A DNA stretch of 64,000 nt, from contig CM059432.1 in assembly GCA_030390025.1 (NCBI GenBank), positions 80,168,001 through 80,232,000 on the forward strand, given 5' to 3'. This DNA comes from Squalus acanthias. Its lineage: Eukaryota. Shown one piece after another: positions 51,109-64,000 of the stretch (within the stretch, counting starts at the first letter, position 1; every line of letters begins with the position of its first letter). The notes beneath the pieces are model-generated. The model did no database searches, was not told the DNA's origin, and saw nothing but the letters and a program-made list of their open reading frames with translations. Made by a program: the position numbers and the translations under genes.

Positions 51109-51319
51109 ATATATATATGTATGTGTATATATATATGTATGTGTATATATATATGTATGTGTATATATATATATGTATGTGTGTATATATATATATGTAT
51201 GTGTATGTGTATATATATATGTATATATGTGTGTGTATATATGTATGTATATATATGTGTGTGTATGTGTATATGTATATATATGTGTATATATATATAT
51301 GTGTATGTATGTATGTATG

Positions 51320-51373
<54 letters not shown>

Positions 51374-52071
51374 TGTATGTGTATATATATATGTATGTGT
51401 ATATATATATGTATGTGTATATATATATGTATGTGTATGTATATATATGTATGTGTATGTATATATATGTATGTGTATGTATATATATGTATGTGTATGT
51501 ATATATATGTGTGTGTGTATGTATATATATGTATGCATATGTATATATATATGTGTATATGTATGTGTATATATATATATGTGTGTATGTGTAGGTATAT
51601 ATATGTATATGTATGTATATATATGTGTATGTATGTATATGTATATATATATATATGTATGTATGTGTATGTGTATATATATGTATGTGTATGTATATAT
51701 ATGTATATATATATGTATGCATATATATATGTGTATGTGTATATATATATATGTGTGTATGTGTATATATATGTATGTGTATATATATATGTATGTATAT
51801 ATATATATGTATGTGTATATATATATATGTATGTGTATATATATATGTATGTGTATATATATGTATGTGTATATATATGTATGTGTGTATATATATGTAT
51901 GTGTGTATATATATGTATGTGTGTATATATATATATGTATGTGTGTATATATATATGTATGTGTGTGTATATATATATGTATGTGTATGTATATATATAT
52001 GTATGTGTATGTATATATATGTGTATGTGTATATATATATATGTGTATGTGTATGTATATATATGTGTATG

Positions 52072-52118
<47 letters not shown>

Positions 52119-52488
52119 ACGTATGTATATATATATATATGTATGTATATATATATATGTATGTATATATATATATATGTATGTGTATATATATGTATGT
52201 ATATATATATGTATGTATGTATGTGTATATATATGTATGTATATATATGTGTATGTGTATATATATATGTATGTGTATATATATGTATGTGTGTATATAT
52301 ATATATATGTATGTGTATGTGTATATATATATATATATGTATGTGTATGTATATATATATGTATGTGTATGTATATATGTATGTGTATGTATATATGTGT
52401 GTATGTATATATGTATGTGTATGTATATATGTATGTGTATGTGTATATATATATGTATGTGTATGTGTATATATATGTATATATATAT

Positions 52489-52546
<58 letters not shown>

Positions 52547-52566
52547 ATATATATGTGTGTGTATAT
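50913..52566. repeat. Long compound (TA)n/(TATG)n/(TG)n microsatellite, ~1.65 kb
   Basis: Nearly uninterrupted alternating purine-pyrimidine sequence. Confidence 0.97.
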
Positions 52567-54410
52567 CTTCCCACCTACATCCGCGACTCTTCCGATGCCC
52601 TCCGCCATTTTAACAGTTTCCAGTTTCCCGGCCCCAACCGTCTCCTCTTCACTATGGACGTACAATCCCTCTACACCTCCATTCCCCACCAGGATGGCCT
52701 GAGGGCGCTCCGCTTCTTCCTTGAACAGAGGCCCAACCAGTCCCCATCCACCACCACCCTCCTCCGCCTGGCTGAACTTGTTCTCACATTGAACAACTTC
52801 TCCTTTGACTCTACCCATTTCCTCCAAATTAAAGGTGTTGCTATGGGTACCCGCATGGGTCCTAGCTATGCCTGCCTTTTCGTGGGATATGTGGAACACT
52901 CTTTGTTCCAGTCCTACTCGGGTCCCCTCCCTCACCTCTTTTTCCGGTACATTGATGACTGTATCGGTGCCGTCTCCTGCTCTCGCCCTGAACTAGAACA
53001 TTTCATTCACTATGCTTCCAATTTCCACCCTTCCCTCACCTTCACATGGTCCATCTCCGACTCTTCCCTTCCCTTCCTCGACTTCTCCATCTCTGGGGAT
53101 AGGTTATTGACTAACATTCACTACAAGCCCACCGACTCCCACAGCTACCTGGACTACACTTCCTCCCACCCCGCCTCCTGTAAGGACTCTATTCCATTCT
53201 CCCAGTTTCTCCGTCTCCGCCGCATCTGCTCTGATGATGCCACCTTCCATACCAGTGCTTCCGACATGTCTTCCTTTTTCCTCAACCGAGGATTCCCCTC
53301 TACCGTGGTCGACACGGCCCTCGACCGTGTCCGTTCTATCTCCCGCACATCTGCCCTCACCCCTGCCCCTCCCTCCCGGAACCACGATAGGGTTCCCCTT
53401 GTCCTCACCTTTCACCCCACCAGCCTCCACATTCAACGGATCATCCTCCGCCATTTCCGCCACCTCCAGCGTGATCCCACCACCAAACACATCTTCCCCT
53501 CACCTCCCCTTTCAGCATTCCGCAGGGACCGCTCCCTCCGCGACACCCTAGTCCACTCCTCTACCACCCCCAGCACCCCTTCCCCTTCGCCCGGCACCTT
53601 CCCGTGCACGCGCAGGAGATGCAACACATGCCCTTATACCTCCCCTCTTCCCACGGTCCAGGGCCCCAAACACCCCTTCCAGGTGAAACAGCGATTTACT
53701 TGTACTTCCTGCAATTTAGTATACTGTATTCGCTGCTCACGATGTGGACTCCTCTACATTGGGGAGACCAAACGCAGATTGGGTGACCGCTTTGCGGAAC
53801 ACCTCCGTTCAGTCCGTAAGGGGGACCCCGAGCTCCCGGTGGCCTGTCACTTTAATTCACCGCTTCACTCCCACTCTGACCTCACCGTCCTCGGCCTATT
53901 ACACTGTTCCACGGAAGCTCAGCGTAAGCTCGAGGAACAGCACCTCATCTTTCGTTTAGGCACGCTACAGCCCTCTGGACTCAATATCGAGTTCAACAAT
54001 TTTAGATCATAACCTCAGCTCCAATCACATTTATATTTTATTTTATCCACCCTTTTATTTGTCCCCCCCACCTTTTTTTTTCCTCCTAGAAGCTGGCAGC
54101 TGTCCTTCATTCTGCCAGTGGATTTCACACTTCATTCAGCCTTAATCTGTCACATTAACACCACCTCTAGCCTTGCATATCTCTTAATGTCGCTTCATCT
54201 CCTCCTTTGTTCCTTTATCCCCTCCCCCTTTTCCCAGCTTTACCCTGGCCTTAAATCTATTTGATTTCCAGCTCTTCCCAGTTCTGATGAAAGGTCATCG
54301 ACCTGAAACGTCAACTCTCTTTCTCTCTCTACGGATGCTGCCTGGCCTGCTGAGTTTTTCCAGCGTTTTCTGTTGTTATTTCGGATTTCCAGCATCTGCA
54401 GTATTTTGCT
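52567..54410 (+). mobile_element. Young 5'-truncated Penelope-like element with an open 481-codon RT/GIY-YIG frame
   Basis: 52567-54012 has no stop: [21 protein letters not shown], Cys-rich [31 protein letters not shown]. 3' region carries a hammerhead. Confidence 0.93.
54280..54316 (+). ncRNA. Minimal hammerhead ribozyme motif
   Basis: agtt-CTGATGA-a-aggtc-atc-gacct-GAAA-c-GTC-aact; helix I agtt/aact; GUC triplet at 54310-54312. Confidence 0.75.
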
Positions 54411-54413
54411 ATC

Positions 54414-54532
<119 letters not shown>

Positions 54533-55136
54533 AAAAAATAAAAATAACACATATGCTGCAACACATTGATTTAATTATGCAGCAACTATTTTGAAAACAT
54601 TTTAACTAACTCCATACCACTTTGTTAAAATAATACCAGCATTTTAGGTTGCACTTTCCCTCTTAGCTGGCTGAATATAATAGTTAACAAAAAAGTACTC
54701 AACTTAAGTATATGAGTAAATTAAATCTGTAACACTATACTTTTTTCCTCATTAGAATTTTTACAATTCTATTATGTGTATTGAAAACCTAAACAACCAT
54801 TAAGGAAAAATGCAATGTGAATAAACAACCAAGTTGACCAGAGGCATTACATCTTAGGTTCTTTTATCTCATTAAGATCAAAGACTTTGGAGATTGCATT
54901 TTTAAATATTCTTAGCAAATAAAGTTAAGAGTTTTAGAATCAACAGAAATAATTACAAGCAGGCAATGAAGATAGCAAGTATACTCAACAGTTCTGGAGG
55001 ATCGCAGAACCAAACTGGAGAGAATAGAAATGTATTATTTAACCATTCAAACTTTTTCTTCTCATCAGAATGACCAGTATTGGATTGGGCTTCTGTTCAT
55101 ACAACTTAATGAAATCAAATACAAAAACATGATAAT

Positions 55137-55876
55137 AGCCCGGATTTTCCGATCGGAGGCTTCTTGCGTGCGGATGCCTCTGATCTGGAAAAAAGTCGAC
55201 GAACTTGCCTGCTGGCTTTGTAGGTCCCGACACTTCTGCTCCTGGGCCTCTCCTGGTGCGTGCGCGCAGAGGCCCAGGTATCCCAGGGGCGCAGGCAGTT
55301 CGCAAGCATCCCTGGGACCTTGTGGGCCATGGGGGAACCAATCAAAGAAGGGGATCCCCCTTCACACTGATAGACCAGTCAAAAGTATGAATGGGGATCA
55401 CTCAAAAAACACACTAACATTAATTTTTTTTTTAAATCACATTTAAAATTAGTTAAAATTACATTAAATTAAATATTTTAAACAAAAATTTAATTTTTTG
55501 AAAAAAATAATTAAAGTTTTTTACGGGGCTAAAAATAAACTTACCTTTTTTAAAAAAGTAATTTTAAATTATAAATGAGTGAATTTTTTTTTTTACCTTT
55601 TTAAACTCTTATGCTGGTAAAAACAGGCCTGACGCCTGCTTTTACCAGGCATATGATTTTTAAAGGTTTTCAGCGGGCGGAGGTTGTGCAGAAAGCGGAA
55701 CTATCTGTCCGCGAAGGCCCCTCTCCAGGGCAGGCGGAGGATCTGTCAAGAGAATTCTTGACAGATCGGAAGTGCTGGTTTTCAGCGCATTCGCATGCCT
55801 GAAACTGGCACGTGCGAGGCCCCTACGGGTGTGTACACAGCTCGTACACACCCGGAGGGATCAGAAAATACGGGCC
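55137..55876. mobile_element. MITE related to 32779-33532 (opposite orientation)
   Basis: TIRs gcccggattttc / gaaaatacgggcc; shares tcccaggggcgcag..ccctggga..gtgggccatgg with the reverse complement of 33320-33430. Confidence 0.7.
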
Positions 55877-57245
55877 ATAAAACCGAAAATATATTTTGAT
55901 CTTACAGAAACTTTATTTTTAATATTTCCAGTGAACAGCAGAGTTCAGAATATGGCCAAAAAAATTAGTTGTCTCTGCAATCACTAGTCCATGCCACATT
56001 TAATTGCTCCTTGAAAAATTAATTTGCCATATTAAAACTAGAGTTTTAGGACTTGCTGATAGCTCAATGGGTAAATGCACTGCAGGATGTAATACTGAGT
56101 CATAAAGACTAGGAGGATTTGAAGTAACTTCTCTAGTCTGGTCTGAATTAGTAGTTTTCAAATGAGCATGGTGGGGGGGGGGGGGGGGGGGGTTGGGGTA
56201 TTACAATTGGTTGTGACCCCCTGGCTAGGAAATGGAGAAATCAGGCAGAGAAATAATAAGACCTTCAGCAGTCAGATGGGGCCCATAGAATTCCGGAAAA
56301 TACAAATTCCAAAGACTAAAGTGCAATGTTATTAGTTATTGGCCCAATGGCCCAACATGTCTGTGTGCTATGTTGCACTATAGACTAGAAAGACACAGGT
56401 GTGCTCTCATGTTTTCAGACAGTTCTGAATCTCTTCTAGGCAAGATAATTGTCCGGAGACACCGATAAAAAATAAAGTATGAAGTATCATTCTTGTGCAC
56501 TTCCTAATATCGACTTACAGTGCAGCAGAGGCCTAGGAGCAGGTTGCCTTTCCAGTTTCTAGGTCTGAGAAATGTACCTAAATAGAGGGAAAATATCTTA
56601 CAAAATAATAGTGGAGGATGGGCAAAACCAAAAACAAACAGAAATGATTCCTATTATTCTCTCTGAAGGATTACACCGTAATGATTATCAACTGGCTCCT
56701 CTCAGAAACAATGAAGTGCTGGTTAACAGTTCCTTGCCGTATGATCAAAAAAGGTGTGAAAAATTAGATTTGAATCAGCCACCATTATTAGAGATAGTGC
56801 ATGAATTCCTATGAATTACAACTTCAACATGGTAATAAGGGAACATATAAACTGGTTATCTATCTTGTAATAAAGAAAAGTTCCAATAACGACTGGAATC
56901 ATAAAAGATAGTGAAGACTCAAGTGTGAAAATATGTTCAGGGGTAGAATATTACAAACTTGGAAACTTACTCCCTTCCCACCTGCCTGTGTGCTTTTTGC
57001 TAAATTCTTTACCTTTCAATGCAAATTCAATGCAAATAAGATGATAATCTGAAATTCTTGGTTTCTTCCACAACACATGCAGTGCTCTAAATTAATCCAT
57101 TTATATTGGCATTATGGGTCAGCCAAGTCCCCAGACAGCAACCCCTTAAAGCCACATTTATTCTTGCTGCTGTTCATTTTCAAACTATGGGGTTACTTTA
57201 AGTGCTGCTCTCACCGGATTTAGTGGAAAGGAAAGGCGAAAAAAA

Positions 57246-58175
57246 GAACATAACATACATAAGAAATAGGAGCAGGAGTAGGCCATTCGACCCCTCGAGC
57301 CTACTCCGCCATTCAATAAGATCGTGGCTGATCTGATCTATGCCTCAACTCCACTTTCCTGCCCGCTCCCCAAAACCCTTGACTCCACTGTAGCTCAAAT
57401 ATCTGTCTATCTCCGCCTTGAATATATTCAATGACTCAGCCTCCACAGCTCTCTGGGGTAGAGAATTCCAAAGATTCACGACCCTCAAAGAAATTCCTCC
57501 TCATCTCAGTCTTAAATGGGCGACCCCTTATCCTGAAACTATGCCCCCTAGTTCTAGATTCCCCCACGAGGGGAAACATCTCTCTGCATCTACCCTCTCA
57601 AGCCCCCTCAGAATCTTATATGTTTCAATAAGATCACCTCTTATTCTTCTAAACTCCAATGAGTATAGGCCCAATCTGCTCAACCTTTCCTCATAAGACA
57701 ACCCTTTCATCTCAGGAATCAACCTAGTGAACCTTCTCTGAACTGCCTCCAATGCAAGTATATCCCTCCTTAATTAAGGATTTTTTTTTTTTATTTTTTT
57801 TTGCAGTACTCCAGGTGTGGTCTCACCAGCGCCCTGTACAGTTGTAGCAAGACTTCCCTACGTTTATACTCCATCCCCTTGCAATAAAGGCCACCATTCC
57901 ATTTGCCTTCCGAATTACTTGCTGTACTTGCAAACTAACTTTGTGTTTCATGTACGAGGACACCCAGATCCTTCTGTACTGTAGCATTCTCTCTCCATTC
58001 AAATGATATTTTGCTTTTCTATTCTTCCTGCCAAAGTGGATAACCTCACATTTTCCCACATTATACTCCATCTGCCAAATTTTTGCCCACTCACTTAACC
58101 TATCTATATCCCTTTGCAGACTCTGTGTCCTCCTCAACTTGCTTTCCCACCTATCTTTGTATCGTCAGCAAATTA
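57246..58175 (-). mobile_element. CR1 3' fragment with fold-back at its 5' end
   Basis: WQMEYNVGKCEVIHFG, LIPEMKGLSYEERL; same subfamily as the copy at 40803. Confidence 0.9.
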
Positions 58176-58214
58176 GCTGACGATACAAAGATTGGTGGGA
58201 AAGCAAGACACAAA

Positions 58215-60620
58215 GGTAGCATAGTGGTAATGTCACTGGTCTAGTAATGCAAAGGCCTGGACTAATGATCGAGAAAAGTCAGTTCAAATCCCACCACGGC
58301 AGCTGGGGAATTTAAATTCAGTTAATTAAATAAATCTGGAATAAAAAGCTAGCATCAGTAATGGTAACCATGAAACTATTGGATTGTTGTAAAAACCCAT
58401 CTGGTTCACTAATGTCCTTTAGGGAAGGAAATCTGCTGTCCTTACCTGGTCTGGCCTATATGTGACTCCAGACCCACAGCACTGTGGTTGACTCTTAACT
58501 GCCCTCTGAAGTGGCCTAACAAGCCACACAGTTGTAACTAACCGCTACGAAACAAAATAATAAGAAAGAAACTGGACGGACCAACTGGCATCAACCTCGG
58601 TACCGGCACACCCAGCCCAGTCGACCCTGCAAAGTCCTCCTCGCCAACATCTGGGGACTTGTGCCAAAATTGGGTCAGCTGTCCCACAGACTAGTCAAGC
58701 AACAGCCTGAAATAGTCATACTCACAGAATCATACCTTTCAGCCAATGTCCCGAACTCCTCCATCACCATCCCTGGGTATGTCCTGTCCCACCAGCAGGA
58801 CAGAACCACCAGGGGTGGCGGCACAGTGGTATACAGTCGGGAAGGAATGGCCCTGGGAGACCTCAACATTGACTCCGGAGGCCATGAAGTCTCATGGCAT
58901 CAGGTCAAGCATGGGCAAGGAAACCGCCTGCTGATTACCACCTACCACCCTCCCTCAGCTGATGAATCTGTACTCCGCCAGGTTGAACACCACTTGGAAG
59001 AAGCACTGAGAGTAGCAAGGGCACAGAATGTACTCTGGGTGGGCGACTTCAATGTCCATCACCAAGAGTGGCTCAGTAGCACCACTACTGACCGAGCTGG
59101 CCGAATCCTGAAGGACATAGCTGCCAGTCTAGGCCTGCGACAGGTGGTGAGAGAACCAACACGGGGGAAAAACCTACTTGACCTCGTCCTCGCCAATCTA
59201 CCTGTCGCAGATGCATCTGTCCATGACAGTATTGGTAGCAGTGACCACCGCACAGTCATTGTGGAGACGAAGTCCCGTCTTCACATTGAGGACACCCTCC
59301 ATCGTGTTGTGTGGCACTACCACCGTGCTAAATAGGATAGATTCAGAACAGATCTAGCAGCTCAAAACTGGGCATCCATGAGGCGCTGTGGGTCATCAGC
59401 AGCAGCAGAATTGTATTCCACCACAATCTGTAACCTCATGGCACGGCATATCCCTCACTCTACCATTATCATCAAGCCTGGTGACCAAACCTGGTTCAAT
59501 AAGGATTGTAAAAGAGCATGCCAGGAGCAGCACCAGGCGTACTTAAAAATGAGGTGCCAACCTGGGGAAGCTGCAACACAGGACTACATGCATGGTAAAC
59601 AGCAGAAACAGCATGCTATAGACAGGTCGAAGTGATCCCACAATCAACGGATCAGATCAAAGCTCTGCAGTCCTGCCACATCCAGTCGTGAATGGTGGTG
59701 GACCATTAAACAACTAACGGGAGGAGGAGGCTCCATGAATATCCCCATCCTTAATGATGGTGGAGACCAGCACGTGAGTGCAAAAGACAAGGCTGAAGTG
59801 CTTGCAACCATCTTCAGCCAGAAGTGCTGAGTGGATGATTCACATCGGCCTCCTCCCGAGGTCCCCACCATCACAGAAGCCAGTCTTCAGCCAATTCGAT
59901 TCACACCACGTGCTATCAAGAAACGGCACAGCACACTGGATACAGCAAAGGCTATGGGCCCCAACAACATCCCAGCTATTGTGCTGAAGACTGGTGCTCC
60001 AGAACTAGTCGCGCCTCTAGTCAAGCTGTTCCAGTACAGCTACAACACTGGCATCTATCCAACAATGTGGAAAACTGCCCAGGTATGTCCTGTCCACAAA
60101 AAGCAGGACAAATCCAATCCGGCCAATTACCGCCCTATCAGTCGACTCTCAGTCATCAGCAAAGTGTTGGAAGGGAAGGGGGGGTGCCATTCACAACTCC
60201 TCAGATAATGAAGCAGTCCATGCCCGTATGCAACAAGACCTGGACGACGTTCAGGCTTAGGCCGATAAGTGGCAGGTAACATTCGCGTCACATAAGTGCC
60301 AGGCAATGACTATCGCCAACAAGCGATAGTCTAACCACCGCCACCTGACATTCAATGGCATTACCATCGCTGAATCCCCCACCATCAACATCCTGGGGGT
60401 CACCATTGACCAGAAACTTAACTGGACCAGCCACATAAATACTGTGGCAACAAGAGCAGGTCAGAGGCTAGATTTTCTGCGGCGAGTGTCTCACCTCCCG
60501 ACTCCCCAAAGTCTTTCCACCATCTACAAGGCACAAGTAAGGAGTATGATGGAATACTCTCCACTTGTCTGGATGAGTGCAGTTCCAACAACACTCAAGA
60601 AGCTCAACACCATACAGGAC
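58215..60620 (+). mobile_element. ORF1-less LINE (APE and RT, internal deletion at ~60176) preceded by a tRNA-like head
   Basis: A-box tagcatagtgg at 58217-58227 and B-box gttcaaatccc at 58282-58292. APE motifs ANIWGL, ILTES, RGGG, VGDFNVHH, SDH. RT start KAMGPNNIP, NYRPIS. Confidence 0.85.
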
Positions 60621-61149
60621 ATTTATTAGAGATACTGAGACTTAGGACCTGTACCATTGAAGGATCATGTGCTTCATGGAAGGTTGCAGGAAAAATTCAA
60701 GTGGCTACTATATGCGAATCTGCTCAAACAGCATTTTCCTTTTATATTCAGGTTTTGTGAAGTCTGAATCCTGAGGTACTACAGCTCATGCAGAAACCAA
60801 GCTAACCTTAAGGCCAACAAATTCTTACTCTTCTGCTGCTAACACTTGTTTGTTCTCACACACGTACTGTGACTCAGCCAGTGCTACTTCCTCAAGCTCA
60901 CTAACTAAATCCTCTGGGGTGGTGGGGAGACATTGGGAGTATATTTGTGCTGGTGCTTGTTGATGGGAATGACACAGGTTGCTGTGTGGTACAGGCTTGC
61001 TCGGGCCATTCTTAGTGCTCCTGCTTGCTATTCTAGGCCTACAAAAACAAGAGCATAATGTTGGCTGCAATGCAATAGACTGTGTGTGATGGTTTTATGC
61101 CTATGAATGATTGAGTAATGATGGGAGGAGACATGAAAGCAGTCAACAA

Positions 61150-61291
61150 GTTTCACCTTCCCCCATTCCCTTGCTGCTCTCATAGCTAATCGGGTCCCAC
61201 ATAGCCTATTCAAAGGCCGTCAAGGATTTGAAATCTCTGGAGTCTTCTCTAGTTTGGATTTTTCTTTTTCTGTTATGTGCTATCTTGTCCT
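61150..61291 (-). pseudogene. Isolated exon-2 remnant of a Harbinger Myb/SANT gene
   Basis: ttgcag|DKIAHNRKRKIQT..LTAFE*, homologous to EKIAHNKRE at 15595. Confidence 0.5.
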
Positions 61292-61371
61292 GCAAGTAGA
61301 GAAGTAAGAAAGAAAACAAACTTGCATTTATATAAATAGTCTTTGATGTTGCATGTTTCAGGAGCATATAC

Positions 61372-62092
61372 ATAGAAACATAGAAGATAGGAGCAGGAGT
61401 AGGCCATTCGGCCCCTCGAGCCTGCTCCGCCATTTAATGAGATCATGGCTGATCATCCAAATTCAGTACCCTGTCCCTGCTTTCTCCCCATATCCCTTGA
61501 TCCCTTTAGCCTTAAGAAATATATTTATCTCCTTCTTGAATATATTTAATGAATTGGCCTCAACTGCCTTCTGTGGTAGAGAATTCCACAGGTTCACCAC
61601 TCTCTGGGTGAAGAAATTCTTCCTCAACTCAGTCCTAAATGGCTTACCCCTTATCCTTAGACTGTGACCCCATAGTTCTGGACTCCCCCGCCATCAGGAA
61701 CATCCTTCCTGCATCTAGTCTGTCTAGTCCTGTTAGAATTTTATAAGTTTCAATGAGATCCCCTCTCATTCTTCTAAACTCTAGCGAATACAAGCCCAAT
61801 TGTCGCAATCTCTCTTCATACGCCATTCCTGCCATCCCAGGTATCAGTCTGGTGAATCTTCGCTGCACTCCCTCCATGGCAAGAACATCCTTCCTCAGAT
61901 AAGGCGACCAAAACTGCACACAATACTCAAGGTGTGGTCTCACCAAGGCCCTGTACAACTGCAGCAAGACATCCTTGCTCCTGTACTCGAATCCTCTCGC
62001 TATGAAGGCCAACATACCATTTGCCTTCTTAACCGCCTGCTGCACCTGCATGCTTACCTTCAATGACTGGTGCACAAGGACTCCCAGGTCTC
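61372..62092 (-). mobile_element. CR1 3' fragment
   Basis: RDLGVLVHQSLK..RPHLEYCVQFWSP..MRGDLIE. Confidence 0.92.
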
Positions 62093-62184
62093 GTACATAC
62101 AAATGCTCATCAATGTGAGAGTGTGAATGAACAATCAATCATTCAGCTAGGTTGTATTAAGAGGATTTACTATATGAGGTTCCC

Positions 62185-62870
62185 CAGGACCTCAAACCTG
62201 GCACCAAGCTCATGGTCTACAGAACAGTAGTGATTCCTGCCCTCCTGTATGCTTCAAAGACATGGACCATGTACAGCAGGCACCTCAAAGCACTGGAGAG
62301 GTAACACCAACGCTGCCTCCGCAAGATCCTGCAAATCCATTGGCAGGATAGGCGCACCAACGTCAGTGTTCTCGCTCAGGCCAACATCCTCAGCATCGAA
62401 GCTTTGACCACGCTCAATCAGCTCCGATGGACGGGCCACATCGTCCGCATGCCCAATACGAGACTCCCAAAACAAGCGCTCGACTCGGAGCTCCGACACG
62501 GGAAGAGAGCCCCAGGTAGGCAGAGGAAATGCTTCAAGGACACCCTCAAAGCCTCCTTGTAAAAGTGCAACATCCCCATCAACACCTGGGAACCCCTGGC
62601 GCAAGACCGCTCAAAGTGGAGGAGAAGCATCTGGGAAGGCGCCGAACACCTCGAGTCTCTTCGCCGGGAGCAAGCGGAAGCCAAGTGCAAACAGCGGAAG
62701 GAGCGCACGTCAACCCAAGCACCCCACCCACCCGCCCCTTCAACCACCGTCTGCTCCACCTGTGACAGAGACTGTCGGTCCCGCATTGGACTCATCAGTC
62801 ACCTGAGAACTCATTTTTAGTGTGGAAGCAAGTCATCCTCGGTTCCGAGGGACTGCCTAAGAAGAAAAAG
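62185..62870 (+). mobile_element. RTE-clade LINE 3' fragment
   Basis: TKLMVYRTVVIPALLYA..TW, CLRKILQIHWQDR, LRWTGHIVRM..RLPKQ, C-terminal CSTCDRDC..GLISHLRTH; (aag)n tail. Confidence 0.85.
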
Positions 62871-63159
62871 AATATGATGTTCCTTTAAGATATCAGTATA
62901 ACAGATTCAGATGTAAGCTGCAGTTTGGATCTGTGGCCTTCTGCAACATGACTACGTGTGGTAAGCGTTCAAAAGGGCTGCAAGGTTGTACGATTGTATT
63001 GAATGGGGCAGCAGTAAAAGTATTAACAGGTTATAAAGAAACATTTTGTGGGATGCGTACTTGGGGAAGCTACTTGGCATAGAAAACTGTTGGGTAAAAC
63101 AATGACAGCTTTCTTCAGGCCTACCACCTTCTTTTGCCTCTGTAGTCAGATTGTCTGGG

Positions 63160-64000
63160 CGTTGTTGGCTAAGTGACAGAAAACAGAGAGTAGTGGTGAA
63201 TGGTTGTTTTGTGGACTGAAGGAAGGTATACAGTGGTGTTCCTCAGGATCCAGTACTAGGACCACTGCTTTTCTTGATGTATATTAATGACTTGGGACTT
63301 GAGAGTACAGGGCACAATTTCAAAATTTGCAGATGACACAAAACTTGGAAGTATAGTGAACAGTGAGGAGGATTGAGATAGACTTCAAGAAGACATAGAT
63401 AGGCTGATGAAATAGGCAGACAAGTGGCAGATGAAATTTAATGCAGAAAAGTGAGAAGTGATACATTTTGGTAGGAAGAATGAGGAAAGGCAATATAAAC
63501 TAAAGGATACAATCCTAAAGGGGGTGCATGAACAGAGAGACCTGGGGGTACAAATCATTGAAGGTGGCAGGGCAGGTTGAGAAAGCGGTTAAAAAAGCAT
63601 ACGGGATCCTGGGCTTTATAAATAGAGTCATAGAGTACATAAGCAAAGAAGTTATGATGAACCTTTATAAAACACTGGTTCGGCCTCAACTGGAGTATTG
63701 TGTCCAATTCTGGGCACCGCACTTTAGGAAGGATGTGAAGGCCTGAGAGAGGGTGCAAAAAAGATTTATGAGAATGGTTCCAGGGATGAGGGACTTCAGT
63801 TACGTGGACAGACTGGAGAAGCTGGGGTTGTTCTCCTTGGAGCAGAGAAGGTTGAGCGGAGATTTGATAGAGGTGTTCAAAATCATGATGGGTCTAGACA
63901 GAGTGGACAGAGAGAAACTGTTCCCGTTGGCGGAAGGGTCGAGAACCAGAGTACACAGATTTAAGGTGATTGGCAAAAAAACCAAAGGTGACATGTGGTA
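63160..64000 (+). mobile_element. CR1 RT region running off the window end
   Basis: [33 protein letters not shown]. Confidence 0.88.

Noticed and set aside
50845..52935. Very long Y/I/H/T- and Y/I/M/C/V-rich ORFs, including the first 318 aa of the 799-aa ORF at 51613
   Set aside because: Alternating purine-pyrimidine repeats cannot contain stop codons. Only 52567-54012 is real (Penelope) coding sequence.
56173..56192. Poly-G run (another at ~46387-46402)
   Set aside because: Simple homopolymers within degraded repeats; no supportable function and length may be unreliable.
58215..58295. tRNA gene
   Set aside because: Has A/B boxes but no convincing cloverleaf, and continues into repeat body, so it is a SINE-type head.

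Overview
Eukaryotic, repeat-rich vertebrate DNA. The repeat repertoire (abundant CR1, L2, DeuSINE-type SINEs, Penelope and Harbinger elements) points to a cartilaginous fish; this is an inference. The only host gene I can support is carboxypeptidase A6 (CPA6) on the minus strand. Seven phase-compatible GT-AG exons (equivalent to human exons 3-9) run from 47958 down to 1939, so the rest of the window is CPA6 intron. The introns hold layered transposable elements. (i) A near full-length pogo/Tigger DD32D transposase closely resembling mammalian Jerky (JRK), still with a TIR-like 3' end and TA. (ii) Penelope-like retroelements with minimal hammerhead ribozyme motifs: one nested with ~190-bp inverted arms, and one young copy inside a 1.6-kb (TA/TG)n tract. 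(iii) Several PIF/Harbinger elements with spliced Myb/SANT genes, plus MITEs and a fossil transposase. (iv) An ORF1-less LINE preceded by a tRNA-like Pol III head. (v) Many CR1, L2 and RTE fragments. No prokaryotic features (CRISPR, operons) are seen. Family assignments come from motif recognition and recalled sequences, not database searches.
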